Shown: piece by piece, positions 52,291 through 64,000 of the stretch
Layout of the letters: the number at the start of each line of letters is the position of its first letter
Position numbering within the stretch: position 1 is the first letter of the stretch
Source: Utricularia gibba
Lineage: Eukaryota > Plantae > Magnoliophyta
Length of the DNA stretch: 64,000 nucleotides
Direction: 5' to 3'
NCBI GenBank assembly: GCA_002189035.1
Contig: NEEC01000012.1
Span: 868,001-932,000, forward strand
Notes under the pieces: generated by a model
Seen by the model: only the letters and a program-made list of their open reading frames with translations
Told to the model about the DNA's origin: nothing
The model's database searches: none
Made by a program: the position numbers and the translations under genes

Positions 52291-54920
52291 TTTAAAAAAC
52301 TTCCTTAGCTAGACTGTATTGTGTTGCTACTCTTTGTTTTTTTTTTTTTTTTTAAATCCAGCTAATCATAGCAATCCCAAGATGAAACCCATAACTGTTG
52401 ATACTTTACTACTCAGAATCTTCAGAAAAGTTGACATCAACATAGCCATCAAGTTTAATGGCTGCATCTTTACATCAGAAAAAGCCATACTAATAGTTTG
52501 TGCCACATAACATAGGATTCTCTTGCCACATGTTAGCAAATTAGCAATTGGATGATAATGTAACATGACACTTGACCCACGACTATTACAATGGTCATAA
52601 AGCCTTGTGGCAGCCCAAGATCGCCAGCAAATAATTCCGAGGCAAAGGAGTGTGTAGGAAGGGTATTAGAAGAAGAAAGCCCAAGAAAGAGGAGTTCATC
52701 AAGATACCTGGAAAGATACCCCTATTGATGAAGACCTAGACACACAGTGCCGAGGAAGATATCACTTCATAGAAGAGCCAGACATGGAGTACCCTAAAAG
52801 GTAGAAACTCATGGAAGACCGGGGCATGTAGTATCCAGGAAGATATTATCTTGTACAAGTACTGAGAATAGTTTTTATCAAATCCACCCATTGCAAAAGT
52901 AAATTTCAAAATCACGCATCTCACTTATAGTATATGTCAAAATCACCCATGCAACTATTTTTCTTTTCCATTTTTGAATTTCTTTTTAGAAACTTATTTT
53001 AATTATTTAACTATTATATTATTTACAAAAAATAAAAAATGCATTACATTCCTTTTACAAATATTATAATAAATATCATTAAAATATTTTTCTTTACAAT
53101 TCAATATTATATTGAATTATAAAGTGAAATCAATTATATTATTTTTTCAAATATAACACGAAAAATCAGTCAAATATTTATAATTTACATTTTTGTTTGG
53201 ATATTATTTGTCCAAAAAATATATATAACTAAATAATGTAAAGAAATGGAAAATCAAAACATATTATATATTCTTTTGCAAATATTAAACCACACAACAC
53301 AAATCATTTTTATATTCTTTATTTAAAAATACATAGCACCAGCAGCAGTAGCATTGAGAAACGAAGATGGGTGGGTATAGGCATAGCACACAGCCCAGAA
53401 TTGGTTAGTTATACAAATCATTAATAAAAATTATCTAAAAATTAAATTATTGAAAATACCAAATAAAGTATACTTTTTACAAATGTTATACTAAAATTCA
53501 TAATTTTTTCATTTCATATTTGTGTATAAACATATGCATAAAAATAAAAAATTAAATTTTTTAAAGATAAAAAATATACTTATTATAAATAAGAAACTAT
53601 CAGGTATATAAAAAATATATAGCCTCTAAAGTTTAGGGTTATCATAATTATCTATTACAGTTACAAAAAATTAAAATAATACAAGAAAAACAATAATTAC
53701 TTATTTATGTCGATCATTATAATTTATCAATTACAATTATTAGAAAACATGCTTATAGTACTCTATTAATCAAAAGTGTTCCGAACAAGTATAAAATAGA
53801 AAATAAGAATTACTTTATTAATGTTTTTTGTACTCCTAGTTTGAATGGTATTCTCTCATCATGCTTGATGAACACAAAAATCACACATAAATAATGGTGC
53901 ATCAAGTGCTTCTTCATGTCCTTGAATAAAAGTCTTCTTCTCACTCCCTTTCATAAAAGCCGAATTTATTTCATGACTGATGTGTTTGTAGAGATATAGA
54001 AATAAAGGCTGAAACTCTTTTAACGATCCTTCATCCTCTTATTTATCCCATAATTGATATTCTTCATGAATGTTGAATTGAATTTTTAACTTTTCTGATG
54101 TTTTCATCTCTACATAAAAAACAATAAAAATAGATACTTTTAAAAAACACAGCAGCAAAATAGGAACAAAAGAAAACAAGAAAATAGAAAGAAAAAGAAA
54201 AACTATACACAACACTAAATAAAAAATTACACAACTCCCCCGCAACATTACCAAAAATTTTTTGCGTGTTGTTTTCTTAAAAAAATTTAATTTGAAAAAC
54301 ATAAAACGAAAATAAAATATAATTCAAGTGTCGATTTTAGGGAGTTGAGTTTTGCGAAAAGTGTTATGTACTAAATTTTTATAAATTATCATGGATTTGT
54401 AAAAGAAGATTTTTGAAATAGAAAAATAAAAGATACAACTTAAACCTCATGTGATTGACAAGAAGACATAGAAATAACCTCATGTGATTCTTTCTTGGAT
54501 GATTGAGAGAAAAAGAGGATTGCCATCAATTGCCTTAAAACCGAACTATGCGCATATGCCCAACACCTACAAATGACTAAAAGCGAGTACGAGATCACTA
54601 CTTATCCATTATCGTATTATCTCGGTGACAAACAATTCGCTATCTCCTACAAATCAATAGGACTGGAGATGGTGCTCCTCACCTTGCTCTTCATCAAAAT
54701 CTGCAAAGAGTGACCTACTACTCATGGATTGTGACAAAGATACGTTATAGAAAGACTGCAACATGATGCATGGAAATATGTAAAATCGGAAAGAAATTCA
54801 ATAAAGAATCAAGATTGATGCTCAAGACGTAGAAGTAAACTTCATTTATTCTTAGAAACTAAAAAGGTTTAACTACGAATGACCATGAAAATAGGAAATG
54901 AAAAAACATAAAACTAAAAT

Positions 54921-56293
54921 TGATGAACGGAAATTTTAGCATGTCGTTGCAACAAAAGTAAACTTCCATATCAAATACATTTATAATCCCTAATTCTCAC
55001 AAAATACAAATTAAACTGAAAGTGCACAGTGGAATTCGGGGTCAATCACAAGGAGCTTGTGCTTGTCATGTATTTCAGCAGATGCAGAATTCAAAATAAT
55101 GGTAACTTTTACTCTAAGCTCATACCAATATTGGTAAACAAATTCGGTAAACAAGATCAGTAAACAATATCAAGTCTTAGTGCTAAGGTAATAGGTACTG
55201 ATTTTGACTTAGAATAATACTAACGTGCTTTAAGGATCTGGAAGTGGTGTGGTGCCAAAGTTCATAATTAATCTACCATATTTCTACACTCACAACTTCA
55301 AATTACCTAAGTCTACACAGCTCATTCATCATATTTTCGGCTAAGCTAGTGCTCCATATTTTCACCAATTGTACAATTAGGTCTACCTGCATTAAAAGTA
55401 TATAGAACTAGGTCTACCCGGTTCTACTGGTTCTACCCCGGACTAACACCTACTACTCCTGTTTTGATTTGTGGGTCTACCTCTAAATCAAGCATCTAAG
55501 TTGTGAAACTACTTGTTCCCCTGCTTAGGTCTACCCATGGTTTGATATAAACAAAACCTAAGAAATAATGGTCAATTTTATTAAGACTACTAGACCCACA
55601 CTACCATGCTTCACGTTAATGCACTCTCAGGGTTTAGCTACTCATGTTTTGAAGGTAAAAACTGATAGCATTAACATAAAACAACGAAAATGTTAAGAAC
55701 ATCGTGAAGAAGTTGGGTGCAGAAACTAAAAATATCAACAAAACTAAAAGAAAGTAGTGAGAGTTCTAATTTCCGTCTGCTACTATTCCTGGGTTGAAAC
55801 AGTAATGCTGAACTGGGTCTTGATCTTCTTCCTTCAAGCTGGAGGTTCTTCTCCAGAAAAATCCGTTTTCTTCCTCCTTCCCCTTAAGTTTCTTCGTGTT
55901 CGAGTTGGGGAAGAAACCCCCTCGTGTGTGTTCTCTGAAAATTCTAGGGTGAACTCTCTTTTTGCAACTCTCTCTCCTCCTCTTTCTCTCGCCTCCCAAT
56001 GCCCAAGGCAAGTACATTCTCTGACAAATCTGCTGCTCTTGGCCCTGACTTGCAGACTGTCGCCGTGACAGTGTACTCATTGCCCCCTGCACCCTGGTGA
56101 CTTGTACGAAATCCAGATTTTTCCTTGATTCTTGGGTTGCTGTTAGACTCCAAAATCGGGTTAGACATGGGTTGTTGTTCTTTGATTTAGCCCAGTAATC
56201 ACACCAAAAATTTTACATTTTCCTAAATTACATAAAACACTTAAAAATTTATGATTTTCATGTCCTCAAAACATGAAAATTTGTGTGCTATCA
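54921..56293 (-). mobile_element. Athila-like solo LTR (family A), 1373 bp
   Basis: TGAT...ATCA termini with perfect 5-bp TSD AAAAT. The reverse complement is collinear with 22439-23778. Confidence 0.9.
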
Positions 56294-56716
56294 AAAATGT
56301 TCTTCCTCCCTTTGGTAGAGAAGAAAGATAAGTTCAAGTGTGAAAACAAAGTGAGAAAAAGTCCTATGCAAGTTATTCCAAGTTCCTTTTAATTCATTCC
56401 TATGTGCATTAACTTCCTTTGCTCCCTTTCAATCAATCTTTCTGTCTTGTCTCTCATGCATACAAGTAAGCACCCAATCATTACCACACACTCTGACATA
56501 TTATGAGCCACAAGCCATGACTAGTATCACTTCGAGCCTGCCTCTTGATACTTTTGGTGAAAGTACACGAAAAAAATAATTAAAATATGTATATGTAACA
56601 GAAATAGGATTTTTCGAATAAAATAGAATACTTTCAATATAAATCTTAATTTGAACGACTTAATATGCAATTAACACATAATAATATATAACAAACAAGT
56701 AAAAAATGACACTTAA

Positions 56717-57030
56717 CATGCACAATAGAGACCATAATATGGTGAGGAAAATTTTAAAATGAAACAAAGTTTGATATATTTTCAGATCAACCTACAAAAA
56801 TGTATACATTACATTGACTATAATTTTAAAATAACATAAAATGTGGATACTTTCATAGCAACGCACCATAATGAATGCATTATGGTGATTAAAATTTCAA
56901 AATAAAAGAAATATTGGTATACTTTTAGATTCATGCACAACAGTGAACAATATAGTGATGAGAATTTAAAATAAAATAAAGTTTGATATACTTTCAGATA
57001 TTCGCATAACAAGTAATGCATTATTGTGGC
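56717..57030. repeat. Degenerate ~70-bp tandem repeat (3-4 units)
   Basis: Recurring CATGCACAA...ATAT.GTGA...AAAAT.AAA..AAGTTTGATATA.TTTCAGAT units. Confidence 0.5.
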
Positions 57031-57699
57031 CATAAATACATAAAAAAAGTAAACAAAAATTTCACATAATGGATACTTGTCCTATAGTATAACTTTGAAC
57101 TACGTAGATAGATGTAGTGATTGAATAAATTTTTCACATAAAGGATACCTTTCAAAGTAATTAAAATTTTTTTAAAGAACGTTATTTAATGAAATAATAA
57201 AAATTGAAAGTCTTTATTGAAAATTGAATAATGCTTTTTTAGTCAAAGGTATTGTAGCCAATGATAAGGGGAAGTCGTAGAAAGAAAAATTTGATGGGAT
57301 TCTACTTACAATAACATATTTATGGTTGGTTACCGTAATTGTAGTATCCACATACTAATCACACTTCTTTAGGCTGTTAAATATGCTAATCCTTGGATAT
57401 TCGGCTGTTGAACTTTGTCCCTCAAAGTTCAATCTTAGGTTATTTGTGACTAGAGAAACAAAGTATTTGAATTTGGATACACAGCCACATGAATTATCTC
57501 CATGAATCTAACCTTGTTGTTGTTCATGTGGATTTATTTTTTGAATATGATGCATTTATCTATAAATAATCTAATACACAAATGTAATTACTCTTTTTTT
57601 TTATAAATTTCGAAATTTCATGTTTTTTTTTAATATCATGTTATTACATTTTTTTGTAGATGAATATATAGATTGTGATCTTGGCCCATCCAAAATATT

Positions 57700-58029
57700 G
57701 ATGGAGATCATTTTTGGAATAGAATAATGAAAATGAAATGCTTGATAGTGATCATACTACTGAAAATTCACAAGGCAAAGAAGATTTGATTGAAGGAAAT
57801 GTAAGTTGTGATTTGGAATGGGTTTCTAATACAGGTTTACACGATACATAAGAAGAAATGAGTAATCATGGTATATATACACATCAATATGAACCAAGAT
57901 TCAGGAAAGATGATCTTTTGAAAGATAAAAAAGATTTTCCAAAACAAGTTAGAGAATTTTCAATTGAAATTACAAAGGAATTCACTGTCAGTGACATGGA
58001 ACCTAGAGTCCATGAGTTATATTACAAAC
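57700..58029 (+). mobile_element. Possible MuDR N-terminal domain fragment, truncated by the Angela-like LTR
   Basis: FRKDDLLKDKKDFPKQVREFSIEITKEFTV resembles the MuDR F.DK..FK..VREY.I...EF.V pattern. Confidence 0.45.
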
Positions 58030-59530
58030 TGTTGGTGTATGTTTTCTAGAGACAATCAACTCATTGGCAAATCTTATCTTTTGATGTTACCTTGAATTGT
58101 GATCGAATTTACATAATTGATAAAATCGTTTACTTGATCTATGTCCTATAGAAATTATGATGAGATCATAATGTGAGATTCTTCAAGCATTTATGTTCAA
58201 GTTAAAAATTCCCTAGCTAGAGTGTTTGTGAAATGATGATATTACAAATACGGATAAGCTGATACACATTGAGTTCCCTAAACTATTTAGGCAATGGTTC
58301 TCACAATTGATGTAATGAGATTATTAGGACCTATGTGTGGGTGTCGATTAGAGAATCGATTCACTGGATGACTCATATTCGAGATGCTACTATGAGAAGC
58401 TAACCAAGTGTCAGTAGCAAGATCTCGAATATGACAGCGGTGCAAGTAAGCTTAGACTTGAGGTCAACAAAGTTATCTTGATATTAAGCTCACATTTTCG
58501 CTCATTATTAATGGGAGTCTAACCATGGCTTGCCTAGTATGGATGAGTAGGGATGTGACTCCTTAAGGTTGGAGATAGTTGATTGATCAATAAAGGATTC
58601 ATCACTCATGTTAACAATGAGATCATATCTCAAGTGATTGCATCAAAGCCTAACAGTAAGTTCTGGGCCCAGGGTAATGACACTCGAATTGTTTGAGTAG
58701 GTCATTGAGTGTTAGTGCTTGAATGCAATTATAAGTTCGATACATCAGAAAGACACACACCCATGTTTTGGTATCGAATGAGATATAATTATGATGAAAG
58801 CTATTCATTGCATGGTGGCTGGTCATGGAAAGGCTCAATCAGTTCATCTGATTATTCTTTAATCTTGAGGATCATGATATGTTACTAGACATCACTCATA
58901 ATTGATAATGATGGATTTTATTAATTAAGAGTTAATTAATAAATCCATTATTATGGCCTTAATTGAAAAACCCTATAAGATCACACACAATAGTGGAGTC
59001 ACTCATTGATATAAAATGGAATGACACAATTACATAAGATGTAATTGGTAAAGTGGATAAATTAAATAAAGAGTTATTTTGAGATTAATATTGATTAAAC
59101 TCAAAATAAAAGATATGATATAGATAAGATTCGGAACATATACATATTTCCACAAGATAAGATCTTTACGGAGATATGATTTGATATGTTACCATATATC
59201 TATCAAAAGACTTTGATCTACAAATCGGTTTTCAGTATCTTCGTACTCTCTGAGATTGATCCACAAGGGGGCGATATTCTCTACTAGCATATGAGGAATT
59301 CGACCGACATCCTACAGCCTTGAGAAGGTTATCAATTGCATGCTTCACTTGTGGATACCATAGAGGCCGTCTGCTATTGGCGGTTGGTGAACAACGAAGT
59401 CCTCTGAAAGGTATTTTTAGCATTCCTTAATCTAACGTATACCATATTCCTAGATATGCGATTGGGGTTTCTTGAAAAATTTTAAATTCCACTGCTTTTT
59501 TGACATGCGATGTCTACGAGAAACCCAACA
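58030..59530 (+). mobile_element. Angela/BARE-1-like Ty1/copia LTR (1501 bp), no matching TSD
   Basis: Starts TGTTGGTGTATGTTTTCTAGAGACAAT, resembling the BARE-1 LTR start. Contains GTGGATACC.TAGAGG and ends AAACCCAACA. Flanks CAAAC/ATATC differ. Confidence 0.75.
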
Positions 59531-59615
59531 ATATCTACTATGTTATTAGTTGTCTTCACCTTTTCTAGTAGGAATTTATTCTATTCCATCATATCTTTGA
59601 CCTAGGGGTATCTCA

Positions 59616-59941
59616 TGTCTGAAGTTTGAAAGGAGGCGATATGGCTTGGTTGGTTTATGGTAGAACTTGGTCTACACGAACACAAGGCAACCATCTTTTG
59701 TGACAATCAGAGTTCACTAATTTTGAGCAAACATCCTACATCTCACTCAAGGATCAAGCACGAACACAAGGTAACCATTTTCTGAGATAATCAGAGTGCT
59801 TGGTCCATGAGTGATATGTATGATATTCCCTCAAAATTAATGCACTCTCACTATCATAGAAAATGGTTACCTTGTATTCGTGCAGACCAACTTCTTCCAT
59901 AAACCGACCAAGCCATATCACCTCCTTTCCAACTTTAGACA
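59616..59941. repeat. Inverted repeat of copia RNase H coding sequence (146-bp arms, 34-nt spacer)
   Basis: Arms 59616-59761 and 59796-59941 have about 24 mismatches in 146. The spacer is a third partial copy of the arm. Confidence 0.85.
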
Positions 59942-62620
59942 AGGTAATATATTCGGCTTAAGTACTTGACAAAGCTACACACTTTTGTAATGCTGACATC
60001 CAAATGACTCCTACTCCACCTAGCATAGCAATTAAACTAGTTGTAGATCTTCTTGTATCAATGTCAGCTGCCAAATCAAAATCTACATACATACATGGAG
60101 TTAAGGACATGCTATTATAAAATAGGCAGAACTCGATTGTCCCCTTTAGATAATGCACCAGCCATTTAGCAGCTTCCCAATGTACCTGCTGATAGAACTA
60201 ATTGTGTAAGCAATGTCAGATGGAGTACTGATAATAGTGTTTTTATTGTATGTTTATATATATTTTTAGGTGTGTTTTATAGCGTAAAATGTTGTTTCAT
60301 ATGTTCAATTGTTTCTTTTTTGTATTTAGTCTATAGAAATGTGTTTATTATGAATATAGGCTCAACTGGCAACAATTAAGTCGAAAACTCTAATGTTTCT
60401 TCAAGTTCCTTTAAATATGTCATCGACATATAAAATCAAGACCACCACATCATCTTCAAGTTCCTTTAGATATGTGCAAGGATCAAAAACTGATTTCTAG
60501 AAACCAAGCTGCATCATGTATCCATCAAAGCGCTTATTCCAGTCCCTAAGAGCCTGCTTCAGACCATAGAGGCTTCAAAACCAGGTACTTGCTTCATGAA
60601 AATATCTTCTTTTAACTCTCCATGCAAAAATGCAATTTTGACTCCCTCTTTTTGCTTGAGGCCCATTACCACAATCCTTGCTTTATACCATATGGTGCCA
60701 TCAAGATTTTTCTTTAGCTTGAAGATCCATTTATTATCCATTGCTTCCCTTCCTGCTGGTGGTGTTGTGAGTATATAAGTATTGTTCCACCCATTTGTCT
60801 TTATCCAATGATTGCATCATATCCTCCACTGATCTTGGTTTACCTTCTTTTGTGATAAGAATAAATTCATCAATTGAAAATCTTGTATTCAGACCTAATT
60901 CTCATGCTGACCGTTTTGGATGTTCCATCATAGGTGTAGCCCACCTCTAGTGGAACCAATGCAGTGGGAGGCATGTCTTCAATGTAGATTTGCACTCCTA
61001 AAGACCCTAAATTCAGTCTCACTTCATCATCACCCTAGGAAAATTGATCTAGGTGTTTTTGATCCTCCAAAAACTTCACATTTCTTGATCGTACAACTTG
61101 TTTTTCAGCATGATCCTAGAAGAAATAACCCATTTTAGGGTCTCCATAGCCCAGAAAAATAGATGGTCTTGAGTGATCATCGAGCTTCTTTCATTGTTCT
61201 TCTAGAACAAGAACGTAACCAAATATTTTTAAGTGGTTGAAATTCACCTATTTGCTCATCCATCTTCCTCTAGAATGCACAATGCAAGGGCCTTCTTTGA
61301 GCTCCTGTTAGACAAATAACAAGCAGTTTTCAAAGCTTCCCCCCTGAACCTTGAGGGAAGCCATGCATCTTTCAGCATGCAACACACCTTGTCAAACAAG
61401 GTTCTATTCAATCTCTCTATGATTGGGTTGTGTTGTGGTGTTCCTGGTTTCATTGCCACTTTCCTGATACCCAACTCCAAGCAATACCATTTGAATTTGT
61501 TACTTCAAAACTCCCCTTCATCATCAATCCAAAACACTTGAGTTTTGTACTTGCTTCTCTTTTCACCATCCAATGAAATTGCTTGAAGTATTCAAACACA
61601 TCATATTTCTTTTTTACAAGAAATATCCAGGTCTTTCTAGTGGCATCATCAACAAAGAATAAGTCATGCTCCATCCCACCAGCAATTGAGACATTTATAG
61701 GTCTGCCGACATCTGCAAAAACAACCTTTAGCTTCCCTGCATGTTTTCGAAAATTAGATAGAAATGATACCCAATGCTATTTGTCATAGATACAACTCTC
61801 ACATCCACTTGAAGTCCTAGAGTAATTGATAATCTTCAAACACCCATCTCAAATAAATGTCCCCACCTCCGATGCCGAAGCTCATAGGATGTGGTTGAAC
61901 CAGAGATAGCATTCAGCTCAATAATCTTGTGCTTGAGCTTTGTTGTATACAAACGTCCAACCATGTGACATTTCGCTATCACCAATGATCCTTTCAGAAG
62001 TTTACATATCCTATCTCTCAAGCTATATTTGTACCCCTATGCATCTAACTCTCCTATGGACAGTAATGATGTTTCGAAGCAATGTCTGTACGTAAGGATG
62101 GCATATGTTGCACATCCTTGAGCTGTAATGATGTTCCCAGATTTGTGGTAACCACGATATCACCGATATGTGCTACTTCTTAGATAGAATGTTTCCCCAT
62201 CTTCATAGTGCTTGAGGTGCATTGCCTATAATTTGCCAACTCAGTTCCTCTAGAAGTCGCATGAAAGAAGGCTGCCGAATCAACAAGCCAAGAGTTTTCA
62301 AAACCCATCTTGCCGACTTCCACTACTAGAAGTACTAGTAAATCATCATCATCATTACTCAAGTATGCTGCAAAATTTGTTTTGGGCAGTTCTTTGCCAT
62401 TCCACTTTTGTGATGTAGCTTGTTTAGACTTCTTATAGCTTCGACAATCCTTGCGTAAGTGCACCTTTTTCCCACATACTTCAGCTCACTAGTGACAGAA
62501 TTACTCAAGGTGATTACCAAAGTCTCCCAAGAATCAGGTAGCATGTCCATTAGCTTAGTGACTCTGATCTTCTCATCAAAACTCATTTTCACAAACACCA
62601 TCTATGCATATTCTTTGTCT
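59796..62620 (-). mobile_element. Tnt1/Tork-like Ty1/copia internal region (gag, PR, INT, RT, RH), heavily degenerate
   Basis: LPDSWETLVITLSNS, zinc knuckle HLRKDCR, WLVDSAAFFH, FVDDATRKTWIFLVKKK, PGTPQHN..ERLNRTL, AFLHGELKEDIFMKQ, ADIDTRRSTT, QKCVALSST. Confidence 0.9.
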
Positions 62621-63589
62621 ATGTGCTATGTGAACATATGTTAGAAAATGGAGAGTAGTGTGGACCCACACTCCTAGCAACATGGTTTTAACCATGGGAT
62701 TCATGGTTAAATATGTCAGACATGTCTAAAGCATCCCTATCGGATAAGCCAGTTAAGAAATACCAGGAAACATGTTATATGCATGCTATGGTCTAAGTTT
62801 AGAGGTGGTGTTCGGTTGATGGCTCTTTTGAAAACTACTAAAGAACTTAGGCAATACATGACCCATTACCTAAGATCTAAAGGTGATGCCTAAGCTGAAG
62901 GGTCAATGGGATTGGGCAAAGAGAAACAATGGGACTCACTACTTGGATATGTGCTTGACTTTGAGCCTTTATGCTCAAACACTCTTTCTTCACTTCATAC
63001 ATGTTTATCTTTTATTAAACTTAAGTAGCATGACCACTCTATGTTTTAACTTGTTCCAGGTGCAAAAGGGAATGGCTAAAGGTCTGGTGATTAACCAAAG
63101 TAGTGGTTTAGCTATAGAAGTTGTGGTAAGTCATGAATAGCTGTTGGAACCCTAACTACATTGTGAGGAATATGCTAAGTAGGCTGGACATAGTTCCTTT
63201 TGCATGTTTGAATGGTTGTAAGTTAATATATATGTAGGCAACTTAATGTTATTTCTCCATGCTACAAAGGGGTTAAGTAGCTTTAAGTCCTAACATTTGA
63301 TGGGACTTGGCAATCATGCCTCATGTCTCTTTGGCCCTAGGCATGGATCTCGACACTAATCATCCAAAATGGACATTTATTTTAGGTATCTCAAAATAAC
63401 ACATATTTTTTTAGCACATTTTTTTGTAAACATTTAAAAGGGAGCTTAGCAATGCGTACGAAGAACACATATTTTTAAACCTCAATACAAAAACGTACAA
63501 TGGGATTAGGAATGCTTGGGATTTTTTTTTATTTTTTGACACATTACTTCAAAATACCTATATGTATTTTTTAAATTCATTATTTCCAT

Positions 63590-63930
63590 TCACTTACAAA
63601 GGAGCTTGGGGGCTAACTCATGATTGAGAAATTTACTTGAGCTAATGAGTGTATGCTCATCTATCATGGTCATCTGGTTAACACCCCCCTCAAGAGGAAC
63701 ATGTATATTGGACATGTTCATCTTGTTGATTAGATGGATATGCTGATTGACACTAAGTCCTTTGGTGAAGATGTCTACCACCTGATTGTTTGTGCCAACA
63801 TGGGTGTGTTGGATCAATCCTAAAGCTATGGTCTCACGGATGAAGTGCCAGTCTAATTGGAAGTGCTTTGTCTGCTCATGAAGGAGCGGGTTCTTTGCAA
63901 TTTGTATAGTTGACTTGTTGTCATAGCACA
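63590..63930 (-). mobile_element. Ty1/copia RNase H C-terminus, PPT and short LTR start
   Basis: YDNKSTIQIAKNPLLHEQTKHFQLDWHFIRE...QVVDIFTKGL, then PPT TTGAGGGGGG and TGTTAACC. Confidence 0.85.
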
Positions 63931-64000
63931 GATTTAGTCCCAACCTTCTAATAGTTTCCTTCGAACAATGCAGCATAGGTCACAACACACATTCCAAGGA

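Noticed and set aside
54916-56298. Apparent shared AAAAT/AGAAT target preference of the two family A solo LTRs
   Set aside because: The elements are in opposite orientation, the window is AT-rich, and two sites are too few.
1-64000. CRISPR arrays, rRNA, tRNA genes, operons or defence systems
   Set aside because: None seen. The sequence is eukaryotic, and the tRNA-like matches are only retrotransposon primer-binding sites.

Overview
AT-rich plant (angiosperm) nuclear DNA with GT-AG spliceosomal introns and dense transposon debris; there are no prokaryotic features. Three host genes are recognisable. (1) The 3' part of a chloroplast-type DnaJ (DJA5/DJA6-like, five exons in the window, 171-1913). 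(2) A zinc-ribbon + RING-H2 E3 ligase directly downstream, carrying a 1-nt frameshift in a C run (2387-3378). (3) An intronless DREB A-5 AP2/ERF gene (ERF012-014-like, minus strand, 49131-49757). Most of the rest is nested transposons: Athila-like LTR fragments and solo LTRs, a Tekay-type chromovirus remnant, a non-autonomous Tat-type element with both LTRs and a TSD, a MULE, a hAT with an 8-bp TSD, a TRIM, a PIF/Harbinger relic, an Angela-like LTR and several Ty1/copia remnants. I cannot support a new biological system. The best leads are an apparently spliced four-exon antisense gene with its own TATA box and an NLS-like motif inside the pol-less Tat element, an LTR-less copia fragment inserted codon-precisely into a gypsy integrase, a fold-back made from copia RNase H, a TRIM with TG...TA ends, and the RING frameshift. 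All identities are hand counts, and family names come from motif recognition, not database searches.
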